Shown here: piece after piece, positions 53,067 through 64,000 of the stretch
Layout of the letters: each line of letters begins with the position of its first letter
Position numbering within the stretch: the first letter of the stretch is position 1
Assembly (NCBI GenBank): GCA_013239625.1
Contig: MU057349.1
Location: forward strand, 929,753-993,752
Source: Lama guanicoe
Lineage: Eukaryota
Reading direction: 5' to 3'
DNA: 64,000 bases
Notes under the pieces: model-generated
Database searches by the model: none
What the model was told of the DNA's origin: nothing
What the model saw: the letters and a program-made list of their open reading frames with translations, nothing else
Position numbers and translations under genes: made by a program

Positions 53067-55249
53067 GTAAGTCTTCCATTTCAATCTAAGCATAATTTCT
53101 AGTAGTAGTAAAAAACAGCCCAGTAAAAGATCATTGAAGAAAAGGGCTAATCTGTAACTGCTGGGTTTTTAAAATACATTTTATTCTACTTTCTCCACCA
53201 TTCACCTGCGTTTCATTTCTGATTTAATTGACAAAGTTAGCTTGTGTTAACGAGTGTCATCATACATACCCAGCCTTGAAATAAGCTGTTAAAGGGTATT
53301 TGACAAGGAAAGTGAGAGTCATGTGATCTCTTCTTACTTGATTTGCTTTTTGCACGGCTGAGATCATTAATCAAAAGTTTTGCACCAGTTAAAAAAAAAA
53401 AGAATCCAGTCAGTGTGGTGTATGTGTATGTGCTACTTTTGTCAAAAACTTCAGCTGTTCCCAACTTGGGTAAAACCGGCCCCCTCTAAAAAAATTCATT
53501 AGGGAAAACTTTGTAAGGGACTTTGTCTTTCAACTGAGGTTTAATTTAATTGGCACCAGGAAACTGGAAGTACTTCTGCTGCTTTCTGGCACCTTGTTAA
53601 CTGTAGCCTTATTTAGCACTTAGTGATGTTTTAATGGGAAAAGACTTCATGTTCTGTGAGCATTGTAAGAATTTATTTAAACTCCTTCATAATAGTCCTT
53701 GCTTTCATTTATTGAATTTAGATTAATTTGGTTTTAGAGTCAGATAGAGCTGGGCAAGTGGCCAGACCCCCAAAAGAGAAAAGGCTATTTTATTGTTCCT
53801 TGTTTAGGTCCATTGAGTTGAGTGCTTCACCACTTGGATGTTTGTTATAAAATACAAGATGGTTCTTCATAGATTGGACTAGATGAATGTGAATATGGGT
53901 TTATTTGTGCCCATGAAACTTTAGGGAAGTATAAGTGTAAAAATATTTTATTTTTAACCTGAGATTGTAAATATTCTTTATTACTTTAAATGGAAAAATA
54001 TGAAACAAATATGGCCCCCAAACTAATAGTTCTTATTTTTGTTTTGTAAGTCAGTCTAGAACAGAAGGTTGATTTTGTATGTTGTAGGTGGGTAAATGAT
54101 GATTGGAGGTCAGTACACATTTGTTATAATAAAGGAAAAAAATCAATGGTTTCGTAATAATGAGGGGAAAAAACTCCCTTGCTGAAGAGACAGCTAGTGG
54201 ATTTCTTAAATTCCACAGTGGTGTCGCCCTGTCACCTTTTCTCTTCACTTTTCTCTTGACTCTCCCTCTTTTAGATCTTTCTGGCAAGATGTGATTTAGC
54301 AAAAATAATTGTTACCCTAGTCTCTGTAAATGGGAGTGCTCCTACCAGGAGCTCTGGAGGGAGAAGGGAAACTTGTTAGACAGGAAGTCACTCCAGAGAA
54401 GACTGCCACTGGCAGTCTAGTTACTTTTCCTTTTCTCCCTTCTCTGCAGAAGGAAAGCAGAGATATTATTTCAGAGTCCTTATTACGTAATTATTCAATT
54501 CAACAGCTGTTTACTGAGCATCTTCCATCTGCAGGGTCCTCTGATAAGTACTTAAGTATCATCCTTATCAGCATCATTGATGTAAAGCCCGCAGTTACTC
54601 TTTGAAGCACAATACGTGGCATGTAGGTGCTTAACAGTCATTCCAGTACCTGTTTATACATGGTGGTGTAATAGCCTCTCCTAGATTCAGGTATCTAGTT
54701 GTTGACACTCTGAAACTCACTGCAATATTCATGTGGCTTTTCTTGGAAAAGAAATGGTAATTCATTGCTGAATGTATTTGTTGAGTTATGCCGTAGATAA
54801 ATAATGTGGAATTTATGAACATACCAGTGCGTTCCCATTTTCAAGTCAGATGCTTCCTTTATATCTTTGAAACATCCTTGAAATATAAACAATACATTAT
54901 ATCTCCTCTTCTTCTAGATAAGGCAGTCGAGGCCCAGTTAGACACATGAGTTAGATGTCTTCCTTCAGCATCTCATTACTAGCTGAGACCTTATTCTTCA
55001 GTGGCCACTTTATCTCATATAACTGCATAGCATTCCTGCCAAAGTAGTAACAGAAGTTGGAAGACTTGTGCTATGTCTTACTGTGTTAGACTGTATTTCT
55101 GCACTCCCCACCCAGTGCCCTCTAAAAGGGGCACCACTTGCCTGAATGCTGGATGACAAATCACCAGTGGTTCATTAGACTAAAGAAGTGACTTGGTGCG
55201 TCAGCTCTTGAAGTAATGCACTTGTGCTCTCCTCCCCTTTCCTCCCCAG

Positions 55250-55423
55250 TTCATGGATCGTCTCAAGCTGCTTCTGATGCCCCTGAAGCATCAGCCAGAC
55301 TTTATCTACCTGCGCCACGTGCCCCTGCGCAGAGTCCACCTGTTCACTTTCCTGCAGGTGTTGTGTCTCGCCCTGCTCTGGATCCTCAAGTCGACTGTGG
55401 CTGCTATCATTTTTCCGGTCATG
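55250..55423 (+). CDS. SLC4A4: SLC4A4 exon ~22 (174 nt): [58 protein letters not shown]
   Basis: Acceptor cctccccag|TTC, donor ATG|gtaggg. 58 codons. ORF 55253-55516. Confidence 0.97.
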
Positions 55424-55589
55424 GTAGGGGTTATTTTAATTGCACCTACCCATGAGGTCACACCCATGTCGTGTGGTTATGGGGATGTTGACGACACATG
55501 TGACTTTCACGAGTAGTTCCAGTTATTTTCCAGCTTTGACCTAACCACTTGGGTCAGCTGTAATTTAAGGTTCCCATGTCTGTGTTTGC

Positions 55590-55795
55590 CTCAGCTGGAC
55601 CTTGGAATCAGACAGCTGAGTTCAGATCCTGGCTCTGGTTCGTGCTGATCAGTGAACCTCCCCAAGCACCCCATTTAACTCATCAGCAAAACGAGGGAGG
55701 TATCTTTGTTTTTATTCTGAGCATCCATAGTGAATATAGAGTGGAGAGCGCAGTGCCTGACACACAGTAGGCACAAGTGCACATGACGTTAGCTA
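55590..55795. mobile_element. MIR
   Basis: ggaatcagacagctgagttcagatcctggctct...cagtgcctgacacacagtaggcac. Confidence 0.65.
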
Positions 55796-56834
55796 TTTTT
55801 TAAATACTGCTGTACACTGGGATCAACTTGGCTAACAGACTCCAGCGCATTTCAGGCCAAAGAGCAGAGGACCAGCGTAGAGGTTCGCGAGAGATCAACC
55901 AATGAATTAGAAGAAACAGAGAGAGAAGTTCAGTTTTGGAAATTCTCCTAGTTTGTATCATGCAAAGTTTGAGTCTGGACTCTCTCTCCCTGCCATGATA
56001 TGATGAGGAGCAAGGTGAAACGACTAACATTCCACTCTGAATACTCACAAGAGAAAGAAGGGCAGAAGGAAATGCTAGCTCTGTATTTGGCTTCATCATT
56101 GAGTTTTACACTTGACCATAGCTTTACACTTTTTGTGAGAAAATACACCTGCATATACTTGACACAAAGTCGGCCTCAGGTCTGGCTCTGTCTCCCCTGT
56201 AGCTTTGGAAACAGAATTTTCATATACAAACCATATTTTTTTTAATAAAAATCTTCTTCCTCTTAGCTAGAATTATTATTTCATTTTATGTATATTGGTT
56301 ACTTGTAATGGTTTTTCCTCCAGGAAAGCAGAGGAAAATGTGTGAAATATTAGTGTTATTTGTAGAGTCAGATTCTTATTTTTCATGATCCCTTTTATCT
56401 TTTCAAAAAAAAAATCTTAACTTACTGGAAAGCACACTGAGGATGAGAAAAGGCTTCCATTTGCTTATTAGTATCATCTGCCTGTGAGTTTTGCTGAAGC
56501 CAGGAAAAGCAGCATTAGACCCGGATAAATCTGAAATGTATCCAGTAAATCACTTATTGCCTGTGCTAAATAATGATAAAAATATTTTACCTTTATAAGG
56601 TATTTTTCATCTTTCAGAGCTTTTATTTGATCACAAAGCAGCTGTGTAATATCAGTAGTGCAGAATGTTATTAATTTCTCAGAGAGATGAAGAAGCTGAC
56701 GTAAAGAGCATGACATGGAGAAAGACAACTGCTTGCTGTGCGGCAGGGCCAGGGCTTCCGTGTCCTACCGCGTGCTAATTTACTGTTGAGCGAAGACATC
56801 TTTAATACACCTTCAAGAGCAATTCAAAAACTCA

Positions 56835-57065
56835 GAGATGCAGAGTTTAAGAGCTCTGGGTTAGAGTTGGAAAGCTGGGACCCTTTGTATCCTTCCTTTA
56901 TCTGGCTTCATGATCTTGGATAACATACTTAAGTCTTTAAGCTTCGGTTTCCTCAGCTGTAAGGTAGAGATACTTACATCTAACTCTCGAGTTTGTTGTG
57001 GGAATAAATGAGAAAATATTGCCTAGGAGTTTAGCGCAGCATCTGATGCAGGGTAAGTGTTGAAG
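56835..57065. mobile_element. MIR
   Basis: gtttaagagctctgggttagagt...gcttcggtttcctcagctgtaa. Confidence 0.65.
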
Positions 57066-57565
57066 TTGCCCCAGTAGATGAAATGGTCTGTGCATACTCA
57101 GGTCCTCCCTCATTATCAATACTTTGAAGATGTCTCGGTGTACCGTGTGTTGTATGGATGTTCTTGACTTTCAAAAACCCATATAATGTTTTAATTTTGA
57201 ATAATTAGAAATCATTTACAGGCTGTTTTTTCCCTTTAAACTTTTAGTTATTTTACTAAAAATCTGATATGGAAGAAAATGGTTTAAAAAATAATCCTTT
57301 CACCTGGGAATTCTAAGTGAAGGGATCATACAACTGACATTAGTGAACAAAAGTGCGTTCCATGTAAAACTTCTATGAACCCAGTTTCCTCTTGAAGAAA
57401 ATGTTTCTGGTCCACTTCATGGAAGTTCGTGCAAGCGAGGTGCGTTCTGTCGTACTCTAGCTTTGTACAAAACAGGCTTCTACTGCCTCTGCTAGGGCAG
57501 TTCTGATACTCGCTGTGACGTCTCTGACATGCATTCTTTCACACGTTTTATATTTATCTTTCCAG

Positions 57566-57727
57566 ATCTTGGCACTTGTAGCTGTCAGAAAAGGCATGGA
57601 CTACCTCTTCTCCCAGCATGACCTCAGCTTCCTCGATGATGTCATTCCAGAAAAGGATAAGAAAAAGAAGGAGGACGAGAAGAAAAAGAAAAAGAAGAAA
57701 GGAAGTCTGGACAGTGACAATGACGAC
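57566..57727 (+). CDS. SLC4A4: SLC4A4 exon ~23 (162 nt): [54 protein letters not shown]
   Basis: Acceptor tctttccag|ATC, donor GAC|gtaagg. 54 codons. Lys-rich cytosolic C-terminus. Confidence 0.97.
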
Positions 57728-58959
57728 GTAAGGAGTTTTTTAAAATTCCGAAGTAAAATTCCAAAGTTAGTTAAACAAGTGTGAAAAATGCATTTTTTTA
57801 ATCCCTTATGTGAGATGTATGACTGAGTTCCAAGCATGTTTACCTGTCATCTCATCCCACTTGTCACTTTCCACCTTCCTTTGCCCTTTCTTTTCTTTTC
57901 TTTGTTTTTTTCTAGTCTTTCTGTAACTGTTAATACACTAATAATGAAATAATGACTTTTAAAAAAAAACCCCACCATGTCTAAAAAATTTCAATCTCAG
58001 ACCTCATAAAAAGGAGGTTTGCTTTGTAATGCTACAAAATATATTGCTTTATTCTTGATAATCTGGGATTTAAATTTGAGGTAATAACTCAGTTTTATGT
58101 AATTTTAAGCCTAATATGGCCAAATGCTGGCGACCTCACCTCTCACAATCCACGTGTCCATTCGAGTCGGCTCTCGACCAAAGTTCTCTCTTACTGTGCT
58201 TATCCTCGCATTGGACTTTGACATGATTTCAGATCATTTCTCTGTAGCCCTTCAATAAAAAGGAAAGGAAGTTGGGAATTTGGGGTCTTTTTACGTAATT
58301 GCAGTAGTCAGTGTCATAGTTTAGATGATCCTCTTGCAATTGTATGACTAAGGGGAGAAATAAAATGTCCATTTTTTCGTTAGGAAACCATTTCCAAGTC
58401 TTGGTATTTCAATAAGGGTCTGTCATCAGTGCTAGGAGAAAACGTGGGATTTGCTTTTCTTTAACACACACACGTGCACATGCGCACACACGCATACTTA
58501 CACACATACCAAAAGCTTACCTCAGTAGCCTTTTGAAAGCACTATGAAAATGACTCTTCCTATGTGAATATTTGCTCTGGATTTTACACCGTGCAGCATC
58601 CCCTTCTAATGGAATCCCCAGTATCTCATCCTCACATGGGAGTCTGGTTAATTTTTGGTGTCTGCTCTGTACTTGATCATTTTGATTAATCATGCATACC
58701 TTGTCCTTGAGTGCCAGAACAGCTCTTTATAGTAGATACTTTTGTTCCTGTCATGCTGATGAGGAAATTCAGACTGAGAAATGCTAAGTTATCTTTCTAA
58801 GTGTGCGCAGACATATTGGCAAAGGCCAAACTCCTGTCCAAGCCTTTCTGGTTCTTTCCAATTGCTCAGGCTGTCTGATTGTATTATTTTTGGAGAACTT
58901 GGAAATAGTACAGTGAAGGAAGACAACTTACAGAATTGGATTTCAGATAAACTGATCCA

Positions 58960-59150
58960 ATAAGAAAAGGCTAAATATACGAGGCACATTTAGCTAAAGA
59001 GAAAAAGAGTCCAAGGGAACTTTTGTGACTGTCATCATCCATCCTCAGTGAGAACAGGTATATAGATTTTCTGTTTCCAGTGATGACAGAAAAAGAGAAA
59101 ATGTGTTTAAACTGCAGAACAGATTAAGATGCAGTATGAAAAAGAACAAT
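58960..59150 (+). mobile_element. CR1/L3 3' fragment
   Basis: gacagaaaaagagaaaatgtgtttaaactgcagaacagattaagatgcagtatgaaaaagaac resembles the CR1 3' end. Confidence 0.5.
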
Positions 59151-61054
59151 ACATTTACACATTGAATAGAAATGAAAATTTAAAATAAACTTCTAGGCTA
59201 ACTCAAGAGAAAAAACGTTGCCTGATATATTGAAATAATTAAAGTGGTATTTCATCTTGAATTTTCAAAACAAATACCTCAGTTTATGTGTGTGAGCATC
59301 AGACTTAAAATTTATTAGACATGAATATATGAAGTAATATTATAGAATCTTCTTCTCTAATGGTTTTTAAGATAAAAAATAAAATACCCACTTTTAAGAA
59401 TGTTTTAAATTTAGTGCTCTCTAGTGTCAAAAGGGATCAAATGAGATCCTGAGAAGGGCTTCTATCTAATTCTTACATTTGATTTTCAACAAATCATATT
59501 TAAATGGTGCTGTTCTTTCACTAATATTTGTCATTCTCAACTCCATATTTCCAACAGGTTTCTCGAAGATAATGTGTGAGATTTGTTTCTATTCTTTTCT
59601 TCTTTCTCTTCTTCTCCCATCCCCACCAAAGCAAAGAAACAGGACTGTGTTCCAACCCAGCAGTTTAGACTATATCTGTGTCACAAGTTCTTTGTGTTGA
59701 GTTCATTATTTGGGACTCTCCATTTGAAAGGTGGCCCTCCTGCTGTTCACCTGGCCATCCTGTGGTGTGGGGTCCATGGATAGAGGGAGTCATGCCAGAG
59801 GATGGGAGTTACAACTTTAATATTTGTGAGCAGAATTGGTGAAAATGATAGCTTGCCAAGATTTTGAGCCACTCAGTCATTTTTGAACCTGCCCAGTAGG
59901 CTATGATTAAGGATTGGCTGCTGATCTGTTCATCTATAAATGCTGTTACCTGGGGAAACTTTGAAATACTGTGGTAAAGCTTGTCCTTGACAGTCTCATA
60001 AAGGTAGATGCCCCTGACATCTTCATCTTTTTTTTTTTTTATCAATTGGAGTCTAGTATCTTAATCCTTTAAAAAAATATTGTGGCTCATTAGAGCCTGT
60101 TTAGATTCATCATGAAGGAATTTTCAATGTGTGTAGTAAGCTTTTTAAGATTTTTTTTTCTTATTTTCTTCGACCCCTGATTCCCCTTGTTTCTCTTTCA
60201 ACTAAAGTTCATCTTCTTTGTATTTTCAGTTAGGAGATGAATTTGATCTTTTCAGTCCAAACGTAGATATGGATTCAATATAATAAATTCTGAAAAAAAA
60301 AAAAAAGACAGTAACATGGGAATCCTGTGGAAATCTGGTACAGTTTTGGTGTAGGTGGCCTGTTCTTCAAGAAATTTCATGATTACCTGCCTGGTTTTAT
60401 CACTTTATTCTGGTTATGATCCTTCTCCACTTACCTGACTATCATAGGCACCTCCCTTTTGATTTTATTTTCTCATGTTTTACTAAGTTTTCAATATCTT
60501 TGTTATAAGGAAGTTGAAATGGGTCTTTAAATACAAAATAGTTTTTGTTAGAATATTAAAGCAAGGAAGGGAGGTTTAAGTCTATGTAAAGTGCTCTTGG
60601 GGAGGGGATGTTAGAAGTCTTCTACCTGTCTTGGAAGTAAAGATAAATCATCCTTTTCTGGAGATGGAATCAGAAAACATAAATGAAACCAAAATTTCAA
60701 GGCCATATTATAGTTCAGGAAGTCTCCTAGATGTAATCTTTCCTGCTGAGATTATTTGCTTTACACATACAACTAACCCAGAAATATTTGATTGAGCGTC
60801 CAGTTTATGGAAAGCTTCACAATTGTTTTAGTTTGTAGCGATCTCCATTTGGTGTGGTTCTTGTTTTAACTGACCTAATCCCCTTCACTTAGAAGAGAGG
60901 AGAACAAATGTGAGGGGAAGATGGTGTCGAATTTGAAAAGTCAGCAAAGGAGAAATGGAGTAGATCTAAGGCTTTGTCAATGATAATGTGATAGGTTTAA
61001 TCCATACTGGGAGGTAAGGAGGTCTGTTTCGTAAAAACTTTCTAAAAACTGTTG

Positions 61055-61186
61055 NNNNNNNNNNNNNNNNNNNNNNNNNNNNNNNNNNNNNNNNNNNNNN
61101 NNNNNNNNNNNNNNNNNNNNNNNNNNNNNNNNNNNNNNNNNNNNNNNNNNNNNNNNNNNNNNNNNNNNNNNNNNNNNNNNNNNNNN
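61055..61186. other. Assembly gap (132 N); probable location of the 97-nt SLC4A4 cassette exon
   Basis: The N run is seen directly. The exon location is inferred because [26 protein letters not shown] was not found elsewhere between 57728 and 63595. Confidence 0.75.
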
Positions 61187-62078
61187 TGCATGCCGGCTTG
61201 AATACAATTTGCACTTGGAGAAAAAAAAAGGAGGACTATCATCTGCATTAATAACTTTCCCTCTATTTTCTTTCTTTTTTTTTTTTCCTATGTGAAGATT
61301 CACAATTTTATGAAACTTCATTTTTACATTCCTTGAGCTTCACCCTTTACCTTCTCCTTTTATTCGTAACTATTTAAGTTCTTGTTTGGTTGTCCAAGTT
61401 ACCATCTGTTTCTTTCAAATGCTAAGCTCATAACCATGTCTGTAATTGACCTGCCTTCCCCCAACCCCCCAGTATTCAGCATTGCTTCTAGTTCCACATC
61501 ACTGTCTGTTACTGTTTGTCTTCCTTAGGCTTCTACCAGTGACCAAATCAGCTCAAAAAAGAAATTGCATCCTGGGTCTCAGTGATCAGTGAATCAATTG
61601 TAAATACCGGGAACTTGGAATAATTGTTATCTTCAATTAAATTGGCAATCTTAAAATATTAACACCACTTTTTAGGTATAGCTTACAATATAGTTGCATT
61701 TTCTTCCAAGTTGCTTCATTCCCCTTCTGCTATTTTGAAATCATCTTTGTAATTGCACTGGTCTTTCTGGGGTCATGGGCCAGGTGGCTAAGGTGAAATG
61801 GTTTTTGACATGTCATCTTTTCTCTTGCAATTGAGTTAGCAGTCCACTTGAAAAGGGGGGAAATTCCTCTGTGGTAACATTACTGAACATCTCAAGCTTT
61901 TCCAATAGCAAGCAGCAGCTGCTCCAAACTCTTTTCACTTTGAGCTCTCATTTGAAGAAAATGTATTCTCTTAGCTCCAGATGCATGTCGGGGTATACTG
62001 ATCTGTTGTACGAAAGGACGGCTGAAGCACTTGTGTTTTTATTTGACAGTACCATTTCAGCTTCAGTAAGAGGTTACC

Positions 62079-62170
62079 GAGGGTGAGCGGTACAGCTCAG
62101 TGGTAGAGCATGTGTTTAGCACACACAAGGTCCTGGGTTCAATCCCCTGTACCTCTATTAAAAAAAAAAA
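62079..62170 (+). mobile_element. tRNA-Ala-derived SINE, short form
   Basis: ggtacagctcagtggtagagc...ggtcctgggttcaatccc plus A tail. TSD taagag(g/a)ttacc at 62067-62078 and 62171-62182. Confidence 0.9.
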
Positions 62171-62214
62171 TAAGAGATTACCAAAATGAATAACTATTTA
62201 TGAAAAATGGACAT

Positions 62215-62702
62215 ATTCCTTATCTGTTGGTGTGTAACAAATTACCACAAAACTCAACAGCTTTAAACAACAAACATGTATTTTCTCACACAATTCCTAG
62301 CATTCAGGAAATTTTGGAGCCACAGATTTGATTCTGGCTCAAGGTCTCTTGTGAGATTGCAGTTGAGCTCTTAGCTGGGACTGAATCCGAAGACTTGACC
62401 GGAGCTGGGGATGTGCTTCCAAGATCAATCACAAGGCAGTTGGCAGGAGGTTTTAGTGCCTTGGCTCCCAGGCATCTCCGAGGGCTGCCCATGACATGCC
62501 TGCAAATTCACAGCAGAGAGGGAAACCAAGACAGAAATTGCAGTGTTTGGTAACCAAATCTCAGAAGTGATATACCATCACCTCTGCCATATTCTATTGG
62601 TCACACAAACCTACCCTGGTACAGCGTGGGAAGGATGCATATAGGACATGATTACCGGAAGGCAGGGCACTTGATGGGCCGTCTTGGAGGCTGGCTACCA
62701 CA
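62215..62702. mobile_element. MaLR LTR (MLT1E/F-like)
   Basis: tgtaacaaattaccacaaaactcaacagctttaaacaacaaac...gccgtcttggaggctggctaccaca. Confidence 0.8.
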
Positions 62703-62953
62703 CTGGCTTAAAGAGCAAAGAATTAAAGCCATCTCACTTTTGGTGTCCAACTTGTAACTTGTAACTTGTAACTGAGGCTACTTTCTTATTTTCTTTTTAA
62801 ATTCAAGCTCCCCAAACCATTGTCTGGTTTCATTTTTCATCTCTGGAGCATTAGATAGCAAAAAGAGACTGTGAAAGGAATGCAGCATGTATGTCTTCCG
62901 TTGGCATCATAACCTGGCCCAGCTCTTCTAAGTACACTTTAAAGACTGCTTTA

Positions 62954-62982
62954 AAAACAAACAAACAAACAAACAAACAAAA
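62954..62982. repeat. (AAAC)n microsatellite
   Basis: Seen directly. Confidence 0.9.
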
Positions 62983-63595
62983 ATACCATCTGGAATTTGA
63001 ATCTCCTGGGAAAAATCTGGCAAATTGATTATTTAGTGCTAGATGTTCTTTGTTTTCTCAAAACCCTTTAAAAGGATACATGGGAAGTAGTGGATGTGAG
63101 GATAGAAATTTACTCAAGCAAAATACCCATGAGAATTGTAAAATCAGAATTTTCTACTATCATATTAGTCTATGAACAAAACTGATAAAGTTGCAGTAGA
63201 ATTTCGTTCCTCAAGATCTTTTTTTTACCCCCACCACAAATAGCAGCAGGACAAAATTGTGAACGCGGGAAATCTGAGGGCAAGCCTTAGTCACTAAGTA
63301 GGTGCTCTCTCTCAGAATGAGTTCCTTGCTGCCTCCTCACTGACGAGAACAGCAGTGGCCCATTCCAGAAAGCCCAGAATAAAGGAAACGGAGTGATTTT
63401 GGCTTTATCACACTGCTTAGATTCTGAGCTTGATACAGTGTTAATTGAAATTGTCTAAACTTGTCTTTCTTACCCTTTCTGATGGTGAAAGATGCATCCA
63501 TTTTTGTGAAGACTTTGACTCTAATTTGACTCTAATGCTGTACTTTACCAATGACTACTATTTATGATTTTTAAAAGAATTCTTTTTCTTTCCAG

Positions 63596-63675
63596 AAGAA
63601 AGATCACCAACATTCCTTGAACGCCACACATCATGCTGATAAAATTCCTTTTCTTCAATCACTGGGTATGCCAAG
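63596..63675 (+). CDS. SLC4A4: SLC4A4 exon ~25 (80 nt), dual frame: (K)ERSPTFLERHTSC* (A/B isoforms, TGA at 63637-63639) or KKDHQHSLNATHHADKIPFLQSLGMP(S) (C isoform)
   Basis: Acceptor tttctttccag|AAG, donor AAG|gtaaag. Both frames match the known NBCe1 C-termini. Confidence 0.95.
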
Positions 63676-64000
63676 GTAAAGGACAGCCTGATGCTTCACG
63701 TGGTTCTGCGGGACGATTGCCCCACAGAAATGGCGTCAACGGCGTGTTATTGGCCGAACGCCCTGTTCTCCACCCTCTCTGCAATTTATCTTACATAAAT
63801 TACCCAGTCACCCAGCCTCATCCCAGCTTCTACTTGTAGAAAGCATTCTAAGAGACCTGTTCAGCTTACTCTTAATAATGGAATCTTTCAACATCATCAA
63901 GGTAAAGCCCAGGATCAGAGTTAGCTCCTGTCCCATCGGTATCGCCTCTGATTTAAGGGTAGCTGGCATTTCCTGGAAGCTCTCCTCCAGTAGTTTTCTC

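Larger units (their letters stand above)
3288..63675 (+). other. SLC4A4: SLC4A4 (NBCe1) gene, 3' portion (approx. exons 15-25); gene extends beyond both window edges
   Basis: Ten exons splice in frame into the NBCe1 C-terminal half, including [42 protein letters not shown] and ERSPTFLERHTSC*. Confidence 0.98.

Noticed and set aside
57728-57784. Read-through peptide [18 protein letters not shown] and its faint likeness to the missing exon (KIP)
   Set aside because: Canonical donor gtaagg is present; the similarity is only a few AT-rich bases and is compatible with chance.
58781-58963. ORF containing 'SDC' as the missing 97-nt exon
   Set aside because: The sequence after SDC does not resemble [14 protein letters not shown], and there is no acceptor directly before it.
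372-62170. tRNA-Ala genes
   Set aside because: Poly(A) tails, TSDs, extra 5' G-rich bases and stem mismatches identify them as SINEs.
63514-63535. Tandem tttgactctaa x2 as a duplicated distant branch point
   Set aside because: An intervening AG at about 63576 breaks the AG-exclusion zone, so nothing beyond a small duplication can be supported.
7-63839. Most ORF-track entries as independent genes
   Set aside because: They are short, low-complexity or repeat-derived, or antisense/off-frame shadows of SLC4A4 exons, with no recognisable domains or splice support.

Overview
Mammalian genomic DNA (AT-rich, CpG-poor, repeat-dense). It is most likely a camelid, judged from five tRNA-Ala-derived SINEs and the absence of recognisable Alu, Bov-tA or PRE elements. 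The window covers the 3' half of SLC4A4 (electrogenic Na+/HCO3- cotransporter NBCe1) on the + strand. Ten coding exons were read with GT-AG boundaries and consistent phases, from extracellular loop 3 (about residue 591, human NBCe1-A numbering) through the membrane domain to the dual-frame penultimate exon. The 97-nt cassette exon that separates NBCe1-A/B from NBCe1-C is not visible and probably lies in the N gap at 61055-61186. Introns contain L1, L2, CR1/L3, MIR, MaLR LTRs, hAT MITEs and microsatellites. I see no evidence of a wholly new biological system. The best leads are: a candidate alternative terminal exon at 60230, a stacked double retro-insertion with three TSD copies that includes an mRNA 3'-end retrocopy, an internal L1 ORF2 fragment with filler DNA, a MER53 hairpin carrying a miR-1302-type seed, two SINE subfamilies, and a small CpG cluster after the last donor. 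Exon numbers, residue numbers and repeat family names come from recall of the human gene and repeat consensi, not from a search.
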